From Malacoraja senta (Eukaryota), in NCBI GenBank assembly GCA_038087875.1, contig CM075988.1, positions 14,820,001-14,884,000 on the forward strand: a stretch of DNA of 64,000 nucleotides, in the 5' to 3' direction. Position 1 is the first letter of the stretch. The number at the start of each line of letters is the position of its first letter. Made by a program: the position numbers and the translations under genes. This document shows positions 1 to 12,639 of this stretch, piece by piece. A model generated the notes under the pieces. It ran no database searches. It saw only the letters and a program-made list of their open reading frames with translations, and had not been told where the DNA came from.

Positions 1-1036
1 AATAATAATAAAATAAAATAAATATAAAGATGTTTCCACTGATCTGCGTTATAAATGTCATTTCTATATGAATCCAATCATTTTTTATAGTCGAAATCGC
101 CAAATTTGCGCAGCTCAGCAGCAAATACAGGGAGAGATGGGAGGTGAGGCAGCGACGAGCTGAGCCTCCCCTCTGATTGTGCAACCCCTCAGAAACTGAA
201 TGAAGCGTGGGCAATAAGCGTGTGCCTGTTACTATCTCTATGTATGTCACCAATGTAATGTATGTAAACCTCTTCATTACATGTCCTCACCTTCCATAGT
301 CCAGGTAACTTATTTCACATATAAATATATTAAATTTGTGCTCGCTGGTCTCATCATAAAACTGCAATGGAAAAGCTCCAGGGGAGGCAGCGATCATGTC
401 TGCCTCACAAGGGGGCGTGTCTTAAGCCCAGTGGAGGAAGAACGAGCGTCAATTACGTAAGCTCAGCTCACGTAATTGACGCGGCCTCGCTCTCCCTCCA
501 TGCTAGATAGCTTCAGCAGCGGCGACGCTGACTGGTAGGTTGATTCCAAAGATACTCCTCTAGTATCTTTGGTTGATTCGTTGATTTGTAGCGGCCGATT
601 CGGAGGCTCTGGGCCGCTGAGAGCTCCCAATTGGGCCCCACGCTGGAGTAATCTACTCTCGGCTCGGGACCCCGGCATCCACTCCCACCGCCGGCCCTCT
701 CCCTCCCTTCTCTCCTTCCCTTCCCTCCCTCCCTTCGCTCCTTCCATCCCTCCTTCCTCTCGTTATTTTCCCTTCTCTCCTTCCCTCCCTTCTTTCTCTC
801 CTTCCCCCCCTCCTTTCTCTACTTCCCTCCCTCCCTTCCTCCCTTCTGTCCCTCCCTCCCTCCCTTCCTCCCTTCTCTCCTTTCCTCCCAGACACTTCAC
901 GCACAGACAACTAACACACACATATCACGCGCAGACAACTAACACACACACAACTAAAACACACACACACACAACTAAGTTAGGATGGGGTAGAAGCCAG
1001 TGCCTCCCCAGTGATTGACCTCACCGCACGTCACTG
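1..1036. mobile_element. Right part of a putative hAT-like non-autonomous DNA transposon
   Basis: Ends in ...gacctcaccgcacgtcactg (reverse complement CAGTGACGTGCGGTGAGGTC, a hAT-like CAG terminus). Repeated gaggcag/gcctcccc subterminal motifs. Abuts a CR1 fragment at 1037. The left end lies outside the window, so the TIR pair and TSD cannot be checked. Confidence 0.45.
695..975. repeat. Low-complexity CT-rich tract followed by CA-rich tract
   Basis: (CCTT/CCCT)n-like run, then acacacacaact repeats. Confidence 0.85.
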
Positions 1037-1305
1037 ATAGGACATAGATTTGAGAGGGGGAGGGGATTTAATAGTAACCTGTGGAGCAATTTTTTTAAAC
1101 AAAGGGTGGTGGGTATGTAGAATGAGCTGAAGGAGGAGGTAGTTAAGGCAGGTACTATCACAATGTTTAAGAAACATTTGGATAATATAGGTTTAGAGGA
1201 ATATGGGCCAAACACAGGCAGGCAGGACCAGTGTAGATGGGGATGATGGTCGGCGTGGGCAAGTTGAGCTGGAGGACCTGTTTCCATGCTGTTTGACATT
1301 ATGAT
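1037..1305 (+). mobile_element. CR1 (HER1-like) LINE 3' fragment
   Basis: Degenerate RT C-terminus region and a 3' tail (ggacctgtttccatgctgt...) shared with the SINEs in this window. Confidence 0.7.
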
Positions 1306-2924
1306 TCTAATATTATAGCAACTTATCCCATTCATCCATTGCACCTTCTGCACTTACTGATGGAGCTCAAATAATGAGTCACTGAGCTTGCTACATCCGG
1401 CAAAGTCAGCATCCCTCTCTGGTGCTCAGTGGATTGCCGAGGCACAGTAATATCATCTCAATGTTGCCAGCATTAGTGACCAGTCCAACCATTAGCACTT
1501 AATACAATTAGAAAGATCAGTCCTGGTATGTTATACTTTGTAAGATTAAAGGGCATTTTAAGAAGCCTTCGAAAAGTAATGAATAATGAGAAGAATGCAT
1601 CCATACATCCTAAAAGAGTTTTTCACAAAATGTTTTAGATTCAAAATTCTAAACTTCAATCTAAATCTGAAAGAAATTAATATCTTGTAAGTTTAAATTT
1701 CCTTAATTGGCATTGACTGAAAGAATTGTGTTCATAAAGTATACAAACAATGTTTCTCCTGAAAATAGGAGAGTAATTTTTCACGACGCAAAAAAAACAT
1801 AAAGAGGATTTGATCAAAATGGTATGATGGTGCTCTGAAAAATATCACCATTGAACTTTGAACTATTGGTCAGAATGATGAATTAGACAGAGAGGGGTTG
1901 GTTTGCAGCTCAGTGAACCTTCTCTAATGGCCTGAAACACTTTGGGTTTAAGAAACAGCAAAGTTGCTGAGTGTAATATTATCTTGTAGGGCTGCACAAT
2001 TCTGCTGCAACATATTCAATGCAAGATCCAAAAAACTGTACAGAATATTGATGACATATGGCACAAAACTGCTTAGCTTGGGATTTGTTTCATATTTACC
2101 TTGACTACTTCACTTAATATCCTGAGACCCTAGAGAAAGCACCATGGGAATATTAACAGAAACAAAATGTATCACTGTAATAGATAATACCAGAGACATT
2201 GCATTAAGTATGAAAGAATTGCCATTTCAAAATCACAAAAAGAATGATGTATGGCAAATATATTTCAAATGTGTAGGATTCAATCACAATTGAACCAAAC
2301 CAAAACATATTGTTGGGATGAAACTATTAGCTCTGTAATGAATATGAAATGTTATGTGAAGAGAAAAGACAATCTAGAGAATGTGAAATGGATAAAAGGA
2401 AGAATCTATCATAATTTAGCTTCAACTCTGTAACCTTATGATATTTCTCCTTGAGATAGTGACTGACCATATTTGAACCATTCTGTCATGAAAGTTCAAG
2501 CAGGTATACAAGCAAATATGTGACATTAAATTGCAAAAATGTTAATGTGACTGTTGACAGCAACGAACAGTCCCGTCAGTCTCTTACATCAGGTGCTTTC
2601 TCTTGGAGTTTACTAGCTATATTTCTATCACTGCAAAGGATACAATTTTAAAATAACTTTTCTGTTAAACTAATGGTTCAAATACTGCATTTCCTTCCTC
2701 TTCTCATTACATTACTTTATGCATTTTTTTAAATGTATGCACACCTAGCAGTTACAATTAAATCTGACAATGTGCTATCAAACTCTACAATGCATGGGTG
2801 ATAGTGAATGGAGGGAGATTTCACAAGCATTTCAAAGATCATGTTGGTTGTTATGTTGAGTATTAAAACAGTAGCTGGCCTTTTAAAATTTAATCCAAGA
2901 ACTATAACGATACAAAGAAAATAA

Positions 2925-3440
2925 TAATGCTAGAAATCTGAAATAAAACGGAAATCACTGGAAATATTCTGCAGATCAGGCAGCATCTACACAGAGAGAA
3001 GCAGTTAATATTTCAGATTGAAGAACTGGCTCTTGTGATAAAAATGTCATTTATGAATTGAATTTGTATCAATTCTGCATGTTTAAATATTCCAACCAAA
3101 TTCATTTTTCTTGCATAATCTGCAAAAGCGCTTGAACTCAATCCTATCCCCATAGCCTTAATGGCCTGACTCTGGCTGACCCCATAATAGATTTGTTGTG
3201 AAAAGTGGGTTAACAGAATATAAGAGATGGAAAAAGGCAAAGAAATGGATATGGAAACCCATGTCACAAAAATAATAATATTCCAGACGATGGAAATCTG
3301 AAATATAAAGAGAAAATATAAAGAAGGGAACACTCAGTTCAGGCAGCATTTATGGTGAGTAAAACAGAATTCATGTTTCCTTAGAAAAGTCACTGACCCT
3401 AACTATTTCCCTCTGCACAAATGTTGCCTGAATTGTGATT
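2925..3440. mobile_element. Two old, degenerate Penelope pLTR-derived fragments (about 2925-3030 and 3270-3440)
   Basis: ggaaatctgaaata...tcaggcagcat motif resembles the younger pLTR copies. Confidence 0.45.
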
Positions 3441-3962
3441 TTCATATATAATCTATTTCTTTATTATAAAAATAGTTGCATCTATTTATTGCATTAAACT
3501 AGAAACTGGATATAAAAGGGACAAGTTTATTCAAACAGGCAAATTCTCAATTTCAATTTCATTTTCCTTTTAACGTAAAATATTAAAATCTCTACCAGCT
3601 ATTTAAGATACTTACATGATAAACAAAGGAAATAAGCACATTGCCTTTTGTGCTCTTGTATTTCAATGATAGTGAACCACTGCTCTGGATCTCGTATATG
3701 CAGCAAAACCTTCCTTCAGTAGGAAAAAAAGGGGGCAGAGAATATACTTTTAAATCATGTTGCTACTAGGTTGTGCTATGTGTTTTAGATTACAGACAAG
3801 AGTACTCAAGTAGAAAGTCAACATGTTAAACAAGTAGCTAGGTGCATTAAGTCCAGAAATAATTCTGTACATCATTTGCAGCATTACATAGGCACAATTT
3901 GGGAAATTAACAAGTGCCAGCCAAAGTCAGCCATTTGCTTCCTCAAGCCAAGTGATCAAGTG

Positions 3963-4262
3963 GTTTAGTTTTAGTTGTTTTAGTTTAGATATACTGAGTG
4001 GAAACAGACCCTTTGACCCATCGAGTCCGCGTCAACCAGCGATACACTAACACTATCCTACACACACTAGGGACAATTTACAATTCTACCAAGCCAATTA
4101 GCCTGTGTCTTTGAAGTGTGGGAGGAAATAGGAGCTCCCGGAGAAAACCCATGCAGGTCACGAGGAGAACTTTCAAACAAAGTACAGACAGCACCCATAG
4201 TCAGGATTGAACCCAGGTATCTAGTGCTACAAGACAGCAACTACACCGCTGCACCACCGTGC
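3963..4262 (-). mobile_element. tRNA-derived V-SINE (HE1-like)
   Basis: Reverse strand shows an A/B-box head, the V-domain (gggttttctccggg...tcccacac) and a (CTAAA)n tail. Confidence 0.85.
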
Positions 4263-4709
4263 AGGTCTACCATTCCATAAGATCACAGCTGATCCTTAGT
4301 TTCATTTCTCCTTTCCAGTGATCCTGGTATACTTTGATTCTTTCAAGGTTCAAACGGGTGTTAATTTGAGTTTTGAAGCTTTACAAATAATTATTTATAA
4401 TTCTGGACAAATGCTATTAGTCAGAATCCTGATCCTGAAACTCACCATAGCTATACTTTCCAGTCTAGTTTATTGAAATTGGTTTTATTTTGCCCCAAAT
4501 GAAACATTATATTTTCAAATCCACTTTCAATCCCATAAATAATCTTATGATTTCTCAATGACTCTTTGGCTCTGTGACAATGGACAGTTTTCACTGTCAA
4601 CTACCAAAGAGTGGGAGATAAAATCATAGAATTTATCTATTAAATTTCAATAAATATTATTATATTTATTAAATTATTAAAATATTAAATTATCAATAAA
4701 ATTCCATCA

Positions 4710-5422
4710 TCGGGTGTCTCCACGAGTGGCAGCCTCGCCAGCAGCCCGTCTGTCCTTTAGACTTTTTTTGTTATTTTTAGTGCGGCTAAATGTATGAGTT
4801 AATGTTTCTCAGTATGTTTTATGTGGGGGATGGTGGGGGGGGAATAGGGGGGAACTGTTTGCAGTCACTTACCTCGACGGAGATGCGACTTTTCTCCTTG
4901 TCACATCTTCGCCCCCCTCGCAGCCTAACAACTGGTTTGGTGCGGCCTTTCCAGACCGGAGACTGGCCTAAAGCTTCAGTGGCAGGCGCGTCACAGACTC
5001 ACCATCGCAGAGCCTGGGATCCCTTGCCAGGGATCGCCAGAAGAAGTGCTCCGACCACTGGCCCGTGGTCTTTAACATCGTGAAGCCACGGTCTCCGGTA
5101 AGAAAGTGGCCGATTTGGGAACTCCATCCCGACGTCGGAGTTTCGATCATCCCAACGAGAAGGTTTGTTCATCAGGCCGTCCGTAGCTGCGACTGCAGAG
5201 GGGTCAAGGCCCCGACCACGGGTGAACAAAGGAGGAAGATTGACTGAACATTATCGCCTTCCATCATAGTGAGGAATGTTGATTCCACTGTGAAGGATGT
5301 TTATGTTAAACTCTATCGTGTATTATGTTATTTTTGCTTGTATGGCTGTACGGTAACTCAAATATCACTGTACCTCAATTGGGGCATGTGACAATAAATG
5401 TGAACTTGAACTTGAACTTGAA
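4710..5422 (+). mobile_element. Non-LTR element fragment with a Rex1/Babar-type 3' tail
   Basis: GC-rich body ending in cactgtacctc...atgtgacaataaatg(tgaact)n. The same tail type appears reversed at about 61085-61165. Confidence 0.5.
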
Positions 5423-5689
5423 TTGTTGAGTCAGAGAAGGTAACTATTCAGACCATTGAGTCTCTGCTGGCTTCTAGTAGAACAATTGCATTAATCCTAT
5501 TCCCCCACTTTCCTCATTGCCTGACAACCATTCTCTTTCAAATCTCAGACCAATTTCTGGATAAATTTAATTGTAATTTCTGTGTCATGACTCGTAAAGA
5601 CTTCAGCAATACAAAGCAAAAGCCTATGAGAAATTACTTAAAATAGGTTAAAAAAAAAAAACAGCACAAATTAAGATTTTTTTTTAAAT

Positions 5690-5975
5690 GGGGCAGCACA
5701 GTGGCGTTTTGGTAGCGTTGTTGCCTTACAACACCAGAAACCCAGGTTCGATCCTGACTCGAATACATATCCCTGTGACCGTATGGGTTTTCTCTGGGTG
5801 CTCCGGTTTCCTCCCACACTCCAAAGACATACAGGTTTGTAGGTTAATTGGCTTCAGTAAAGTGTAAATTGTCCCCAGTGTGTGGAATAGTGCTAGTGTA
5901 CGGGGTGGTCGATGGTTGGCGCAGACCCGGTGGGCCGAAGGGCCTGTTTCCATGCTGTATATCAAAAGTCTAAAG
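5690..5975 (+). mobile_element. V-SINE (HE1-like)
   Basis: ggggcagcacagtggcg...ggttcgatcc (B box), V-domain, gggccgaagggcctgtttcc tail. Confidence 0.9.
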
Positions 5976-8389
5976 TTGCAGTGTCCATGAGGCCAGAAGC
6001 AATCCAAAATATAATCCTTTATCAGTTCATTCATTTTAATTCTGCAAACTTTGCAGGTGTAACAGAGTCTCAGGATGAGTTGTCAAGATCTTGACAGCTC
6101 CATTTCACAAGGATTGTCATTAATCTCTATAAGATAAGGAGCTCCAATTAATTCTTACACTCTTTACATTTAGTTGTTTTAATTTTCAACAAAATTATGT
6201 ACATTTCATGTGTAATCCATGAAACAATTTCCCAGAAACAATTTAACATGTTTCCCAGAAGAAGGCTCACATTAAGAGCAAACAAATCTAAATGGAGACA
6301 GTGCTGTTGGGATGGAAGTCAGCTTTCATTGTGCCCAAGAGCAAGAATGAATTCAGGAGCATTGTACCTCCAAAAATTGGAACAGCCCCTTCTTCGCAAG
6401 TCATTAGAAGACCAAAACTGACAGCAGGCCTTTTCTGCAAGCAACTATTGGGCCTGATGTCTACCTTGGATATCCTGTGGCAGCAGCATGAAGGTTGTTC
6501 CCTGGACTATTCAGGGGGAAAAACACTGTCCTGAATGATCTTTTAAGCCAAAATGTCTGTGTGTGATGAAATGTTACCTCAATCCATGCATACTGTGAGC
6601 TGTGTGAAATCAGTAGTGCTGAACTACTATCTACCTCTTTGGTACCTTCGGACTATCCTTGATCGGACTTTGCTGGCTTTGCTTTGACATTTAACATTCA
6701 GAATCTATACTTTGTTCACTTTTCTTGATTAAGGATAACTTTCCACAATCTGAACCATGAGTGACAGTATGCCTCACTGTGCTTTATGGATCAAAATCAA
6801 TACAGTGCATCTATTTATCACTCCTGGCCCCACTGTGCCTTTTGCGTCTTCAACCTAGGATTCATGGAGCTTTACATAGCTTTGATCTTTACCAAGATTT
6901 ATACAAAACTATTCTCATCTTTATGATGAACAAGGACACATACATCAGTGGTTGCTGCCATTTGCTTGGAAAGTTATCTCTTTCACTGATCTGTTGCTAA
7001 TCAATCAATCCCACAAACCACGGTTCCTTCATAAAATAGGTTTCTATGTTAATGTTTCAGCGCATTATTTAACCTGTTATCTTTATCTTCGACTTTTTGC
7101 ACTAGGCCTTGGCCATTTCTCTGTTTCGGAATCAGGTAAGGAACATCTTATGTAAATGTAATGTAAATGTAAAAGTACCCAATATATGTATTTGTAAAAG
7201 TAACCCAATGGTTTCTCATTCTAACAGGTTAGCCCTAAACCTGATTCAAGAGAGATACATTTCTAAACATTTCTCTTCCATGCTCCATACACAGAACTTT
7301 TCCTGTACTGTACAGTTCAGATTATAACTGGTGATAAAGCCAAATTTTTTCTTCAAGATAAGATGGCAATCTGAGTATGTTTGTTCCCCGAGATGACCAC
7401 TAATGATCCCCTGGAACTATTTGTTGATTTCCAAGTGTCCCTGGATAAGATTTATTCTTCAATTTCCATCACTAAAATGGATTAGCTGGTTATTAACAAA
7501 AAGGCGATTAGTGGAAGCTGGCTGTGTAGAAATGAGTTTCCAAGGTTTATATTATAGCAGTAACTACACTCAAGGTATTTCAATTGATATAAGGTTCTCT
7601 GGGATGTCTTAAAGCTAAAATAGGTGCAATTTGAATGCAAATCTTTTGTGATTTGAATGTTAAACCATCTAACTGGTAGCTGCCTATTGGCGTATTCATC
7701 AATAGATGGACCTGAAAAATTTCAATGAGACCAGTCTTTGGATCTTTGGAATTGTACATTGCGAGTTAGAATAGTGCTAATCAATCTTCACAATTTGGAT
7801 TAAAATCCAGCCAGAACCAAGTTATAGGCGACCCTCCTCATTCTGCTGCCTTTATATGAAGTCAATCTTAAAAGACCAAAACTAATGTGCAGAGTTTAAA
7901 TAATGTGATAAAACCATGTTCAATTTTGCTATTAATTTGAGACGGTAAGTAGCAAGTCCATGTGCATGATACTCGAAATTGAGCTAGTAATTCAAGAAAA
8001 GCCCAATTTGAAATCTTCAAATTTAACAAGCTTTCCTTTGATAAAGATGAAAGTCATTGCTCGCAGTGACTTGAACTACTTCCCATTTCTGAATTCCACA
8101 GCTGCTGGCTATTGGCAGCTGGGAGTCAGCAGAGATACTTTTATTCTGCTGAATACGTTTCAGCCAAAAGTTAAATTCCAGCCTCTACTACCATACAGCA
8201 CTTCAAATCCACTTTATAAATGGATAGGCCTTAAATTAATGTTCCTGAATTCATTCTACATTACTCATTATGTCTGGCTGAAGCAGTTCAACATTTTTTA
8301 CACAGAATAGCAGAGTTTCTGCACCCACCGCGTAGGTTTTCCTGATCTTTAATTGCTTACATTAATTTTCCTCCATCCAAAGCAATGCT

Positions 8390-8537
8390 TCTTCTTATCG
8401 AGTCCACACACAGGATTAGAAGTTGTTCAGCCAGAGCTGAACACACTTCTCGGCATCTGCTTCTTGTGCTTCTTGTGCGTGGTGTGGAAAGATTGGTGGA
8501 AACAGGGCCGCGACGTGAACGCTCTTTCCTTGACCCC
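8390..8537 (-). mobile_element. Short ribozyme-headed retroposon, copy 1
   Basis: 148 bp with TSD aaagcaatgct (8379-8389 and 8538-8548) and an (AAG)n 3' tail. A second copy lies at 63558-63735. Confidence 0.85.
8486..8537 (-). ncRNA. Minimal HDV-like (CPEB3-type) self-cleaving ribozyme, predicted
   Basis: GGGGUC AA GGAAAGA GCG UUCACGU CGC GGCCCU GU UUCCA CCAA UCUUUCC. P1, P2, P3 and L3 can all be paired, with a G1-U wobble. P4 is essentially absent. Confidence 0.8.
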
Positions 8538-8619
8538 AAAGCAATGCTGAAAAACAGGGACAAATGGGCATCACTATCACTTCACGCTGAAGATGAAAAT
8601 ACTTTTTACAATGCCGAGA

Positions 8620-9075
8620 GTACAGAGAAGATTTACGAGAATATCGCCAGGCTACTGGGCCTGAGCTGTAGGGAGAGATTGGACAAGGTAGGAGTTTATT
8701 CCTTGGAAGCTGAGGTGGGTATAAAATCATGAGGGGAATTGATAGGGTCAATGCACAAAGTATTTTACCCAGGGTAGAGGAATCAAAATCAAAGGACATA
8801 GGTTGAAGGTGAGAGGGGAAAGATTTAATATGAACCTGAGGGGCAACCTTTTCACTCAGAGGGTGCTGGGTATATGGAATGAGTTGCCAGAGATCTGTGT
8901 TGAGGCAGGTACAATAACAAAATTGAAAAGACACTTGACAGGTGCATGGATAGGAAACGTTTAGATGGATATGGCCCAAATGCAGGCAAATAGGACTCAA
9001 TTAGATGGGGCACCTTGGATGGCATGGGAGAGCTGGGCTGAAGAGCCTGTTTCCTTGCTGTATGACTATGACTCT
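8620..9075 (+). mobile_element. CR1 LINE 3' fragment
   Basis: RERLDKVGVYSLE-like translation, GHRLKV region, (TATGAC)n tail. Confidence 0.8.
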
Positions 9076-9617
9076 GTCTCCAATACTAAAGTGATGAGCT
9101 TTGACAGTCAAATTAGCCTGTATTTGCCCTTCCCTTTTCTTATTTTCTTCACCGTTATTACTTTGAAATAAAGATGTCTTTCCCATCAATCTATGTACAA
9201 ATTTGAACATTAAATTTTGTGACTGGAATCGAAGAAGAGATCAGCTTGTAACAGTCATCCTGACTGCTGATTTCTCTTTTATCTTTTGATACGCACTTTT
9301 TCCTTTTCAAACATATCTTTTATCGGAATGTTAGATTTCCCCTGAATCTCAACATATTAAATACTGCATGTTGAAGATTTTATTTTGAGTCGGTACAAAC
9401 TAAATATTTTTTAAAGATGTCAGTAGGTTCAATTTACCCGAGCCTATTTTACTTCGGAGTCACGTGAGTGACTACGTGAAGAACCCGCTCAGTGCGCAGG
9501 CGCGGCATTACACCAGCAGTGCAACAGCGGCGGCAGCTGGAGGAAGGCGCTCCGGCTGCATTTTAAAAAAACGGACCGTTGGGTGAGTATATTCAACTAG
9601 TCTAACGGAGAAAGAGA

Positions 9618-10710
9618 GTGAGGGTGTTCTTAGCAAATAAGTACACTCAAGAGAAGACTCTCCAAAAGAACTGCCCCAGCTCAACTCCACCAGGGGAGCG
9701 TTTAATCTCAGGGGGGCAGCAACAGGCGGCAGGACCGCTCTTAGAGCGCTCCGCTATCCCCGAGACCGAGCCGAGCCCAGTCCCGCTAATGCCTGCACAG
9801 CGGACAGGGAGGAAAGCCATGAGAGCAACCGGCCGGTAATTTCTGATTCGTCGGATGGGGACATGTCTCCACCTACACGGAGGAGAGACAGCCGCCAGAG
9901 CTTACAACAGCTCTTGGAGCAGATGCTCCAGCGGGATACGCAGAAAGAGCGTTCTCGCGGAGGTAGGTCAGGCACCTCCTCCACAGTGTCTTGTGCACTG
10001 CCCTCTGCTCCCTCATTACTGGAGGCTAGCATTGGTGACCAGGGTTGGGCTGGTCTGGAACAGGGGCTGGCGGAAGAATTCGGCAGTATGTACGGGGTGC
10101 AGGAGCAGGAAGAGCTGCTGGGTGTGGTGGACCGCTATGTAGCAACCCCACGTGCTGGAAGACCGCTGGAACCAAAAATGGTGGCCAGCATCAATCATCT
10201 GTCAAATAAGCCCTTGCAGGAGAAGGTACTTCTTGAGGCGCTTGAATTTTACACAGCACCAGAGAACTGTGAGGCCCTCAGAGTGAAGACTGTGAACAGC
10301 CAGATCTGGGGGCACGTGGGGTCAAACATGCGTAACCATGAAATCAAGCTACAGCGGATCCTAAGGCTCCACAGGATGTGCTGGCACTGATGTGCAACAC
10401 ACAATTTGAGATAAACAATCTCCGGCGGGGAAACATAAGACCTGCCCTCAATCCCAAATTTGCTGGGTTGTGCAGAGCCCCAGCTGCAGAGACGGATGCT
10501 CTGTTATTTGGGAAAGACCTCAACAAAAAACTGAGGTACATGGAGGAACCAGCGAAATCTTTCGGACTCATGAGGGCAGGCCCTGGGACGAGCAAACCAA
10601 GAGCTACAATACCCAAGCGGCAGCACCCCATGGCAGCCACCAGTCGACGTCCTCAATATGGGACTGGTGAAAACTCGGGGACCGCATTTTATCCCCAAAG
10701 ATCTTTATAG
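9618..10710 (+). pseudogene. DIRS ORF1 (gag-like), frameshifted
   Basis: Consecutive ORF pieces (...PENCEALRVKTVNSQIW..., ...NNLRRGNIRPALNPKFAGLC...LLFGKDL) typical of DIRS ORF1, lying upstream of RT. Confidence 0.75.
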
Positions 10711-11760
10711 ATCAGGGCCCACAGCGGACCCCATGGAAAATGCGCCACCCCCCAACATCGCCAGCACGTCAGACAAGCAAAACCTACAAAAACATCAGGA
10801 AACAAAAGAAACACCAATGAACATGGAGGTAGGTGGGTCTGGTTCCTGCCAGCATATAGAGAATAAGGGTGCTTTACTAACAGAGGGGAGATTACACTGG
10901 TTTAAAGAAGCATGGGTTACTGTCACGTGTGACAAGTATATACTCAACAGCATTAGTGGAGAGGTCATCCAAAAGACCAAACATGAACCTTTGGAATTTG
11001 TATCAAATAAAACCAAAAAAGATGGTGGATGTCGCATCATCATTGACTTAACATCACTAAATAAGTTTGTTGAGTATATACATTTCAAAATGGAGACATT
11101 TGTTACTGCCAAACAACTGATTTCCAAAGGATACTTCATGGCAAGCATTGATCTTAAAGATGCTTACTATCTAATACCCATACACAAGGATCATTGCAGA
11201 TACCTAAAATTTATCTGGTTGGGGCAGCTGAGGCAGTACAAAGCATTGCCCAATGGGCTAACTTCAGCCCCAAGATTATTCATCAAAATATTGAAAATAG
11301 CCATGGCAAGACTAAGAAACAAAAACATATTATCATGGCATACCTGGATGATATTCAGATAGTAGGGAAAACAATGGAATTGGCTGTGGCAGCAGTATCA
11401 GCTACAAAACAGCTCCTCGAAACTCTGGGGTTCATCCTACATCCAGATAAATCTAAGTTGAAGCCATCCACTATTATGGACTACCTGGGCTTCACAATTA
11501 ACTCAGTCCATATGACTGTTACCTTGCCAAAAGGAAAAAAAAAATTTTTTTTTAAATGGTTGCATTAGCACAATCATGCAACTATTTAATGGTCAACAAA
11601 CGACCAACTATTCGACAAGTCCCAAGAGTAATTGGGAAAATGGTAGCAGCATTTCCAGCTACACAATGCGGACCTTTTCACTATCAAAATTGACAAACAG
11701 CAAAGGTACAGGCACTAAAACGACATACAGGTCACGATGTTCGTGTCATGTAATTACCCA
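10658..11760 (+). pseudogene. DIRS reverse transcriptase, frameshifted with small deletions
   Basis: KKDGGCRIIIDL, IDLKDAY, LPNGLTSAPRLF, then YLDD in the next frame and YLGFTIN. Confidence 0.92.
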
Positions 11761-12639
11761 CTGAAGCAATATCAGCTACAGTGGTGGGCAGAAAATGTTT
11801 GGCATAGTTTCAGCTCTATCATCATCACTAACCTTACTTTAGTTCTTCAAACAGATGCCAGTGTTCAAGGCTGGGGAGCAACTAACTCCATATCCAGCAC
11901 AGGTGGTAGATGGACTAACCTAGAGTCATCATTACTACTGACACTGGGCATTAACTATCTAGAGATGTTGGGCGCCTTTTATGCGTTAAAAGCATATGTA
12001 TCTAATATGCAGCACTTGCATGTTCGGTTACAGATTGATAATACTATGGTGGTGGCTTATATTAACCATATGGGCGGCATAAAATCATTATCATGCGACA
12101 AATTGGTCAACGTGATTTGGCTATGGTGTGTCGAAAGACATATTTGGCTATCAGCTACTTATCTACCAGGTAAGCTAAACACAGTGGCAGACACCAGGTC
12201 ACGCAAATTCAATGATAACATCGAATGGATGTTAAACCCTAAAGTATTTGCTAAAGTTATTAAGCAGTATGGAACGCCAGATATCGATGTATTTGCATCA
12301 AGACGAAATCACCAGTTACCTATATATGTCGCTTGGCAACCAGACCCAGAGGCAGCAGCGATAGATGCCATCACGCTGGATTGGGGAAATGTCTGCTTCT
12401 ATGCTTTCCCTCCATTCTGCCTCATCAGTCGGGTACTTCGCAAAATACAGATGGACTCTGCTTCTGGAATTTTGATGGTGCCTGACTGGCCTACACAGCC
12501 ATGGTTCCCGGTTCTACATGACATGGTGGTTGAGTCACCAATGGTCTTTCCCAGTGATCCAGGATTATTAACTCACCCAGTATCAGGCATAAGCCACCCA
12601 TGCCATGAGAAAATTAAACTCCTGGGTTGCAGGGTTTGA
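11737..12639 (+). pseudogene. DIRS RNase H plus C-terminal adenine-methyltransferase-like domain
   Basis: RNase H motifs TDAS..GWG, INYLEM, QIDNT and NTVADT; MT-like motifs DIDVFAS and YAFPPF. Confidence 0.9.

Noticed and set aside
463..1018. Pro/Ser-rich and Arg/Gly/Glu-rich ORFs
   Set aside because: Translation of a low-complexity CT tract.
5690..5760. tRNA-like A/B boxes (also at 29782, 31660, 45072, 47611)
   Set aside because: These are SINE heads continuing into the V-domain and LINE tail; they are not tRNA genes.
6197..6534. Overlapping short ORFs in unique sequence (similar cases at 15136, 36433, 38369, 51292)
   Set aside because: No recognisable domain or convincing splice-site pair.
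11535..11552. A9T9 palindrome inside the DIRS RT region
   Set aside because: Most likely homopolymer slippage or a sequencing artefact; there is no functional argument.
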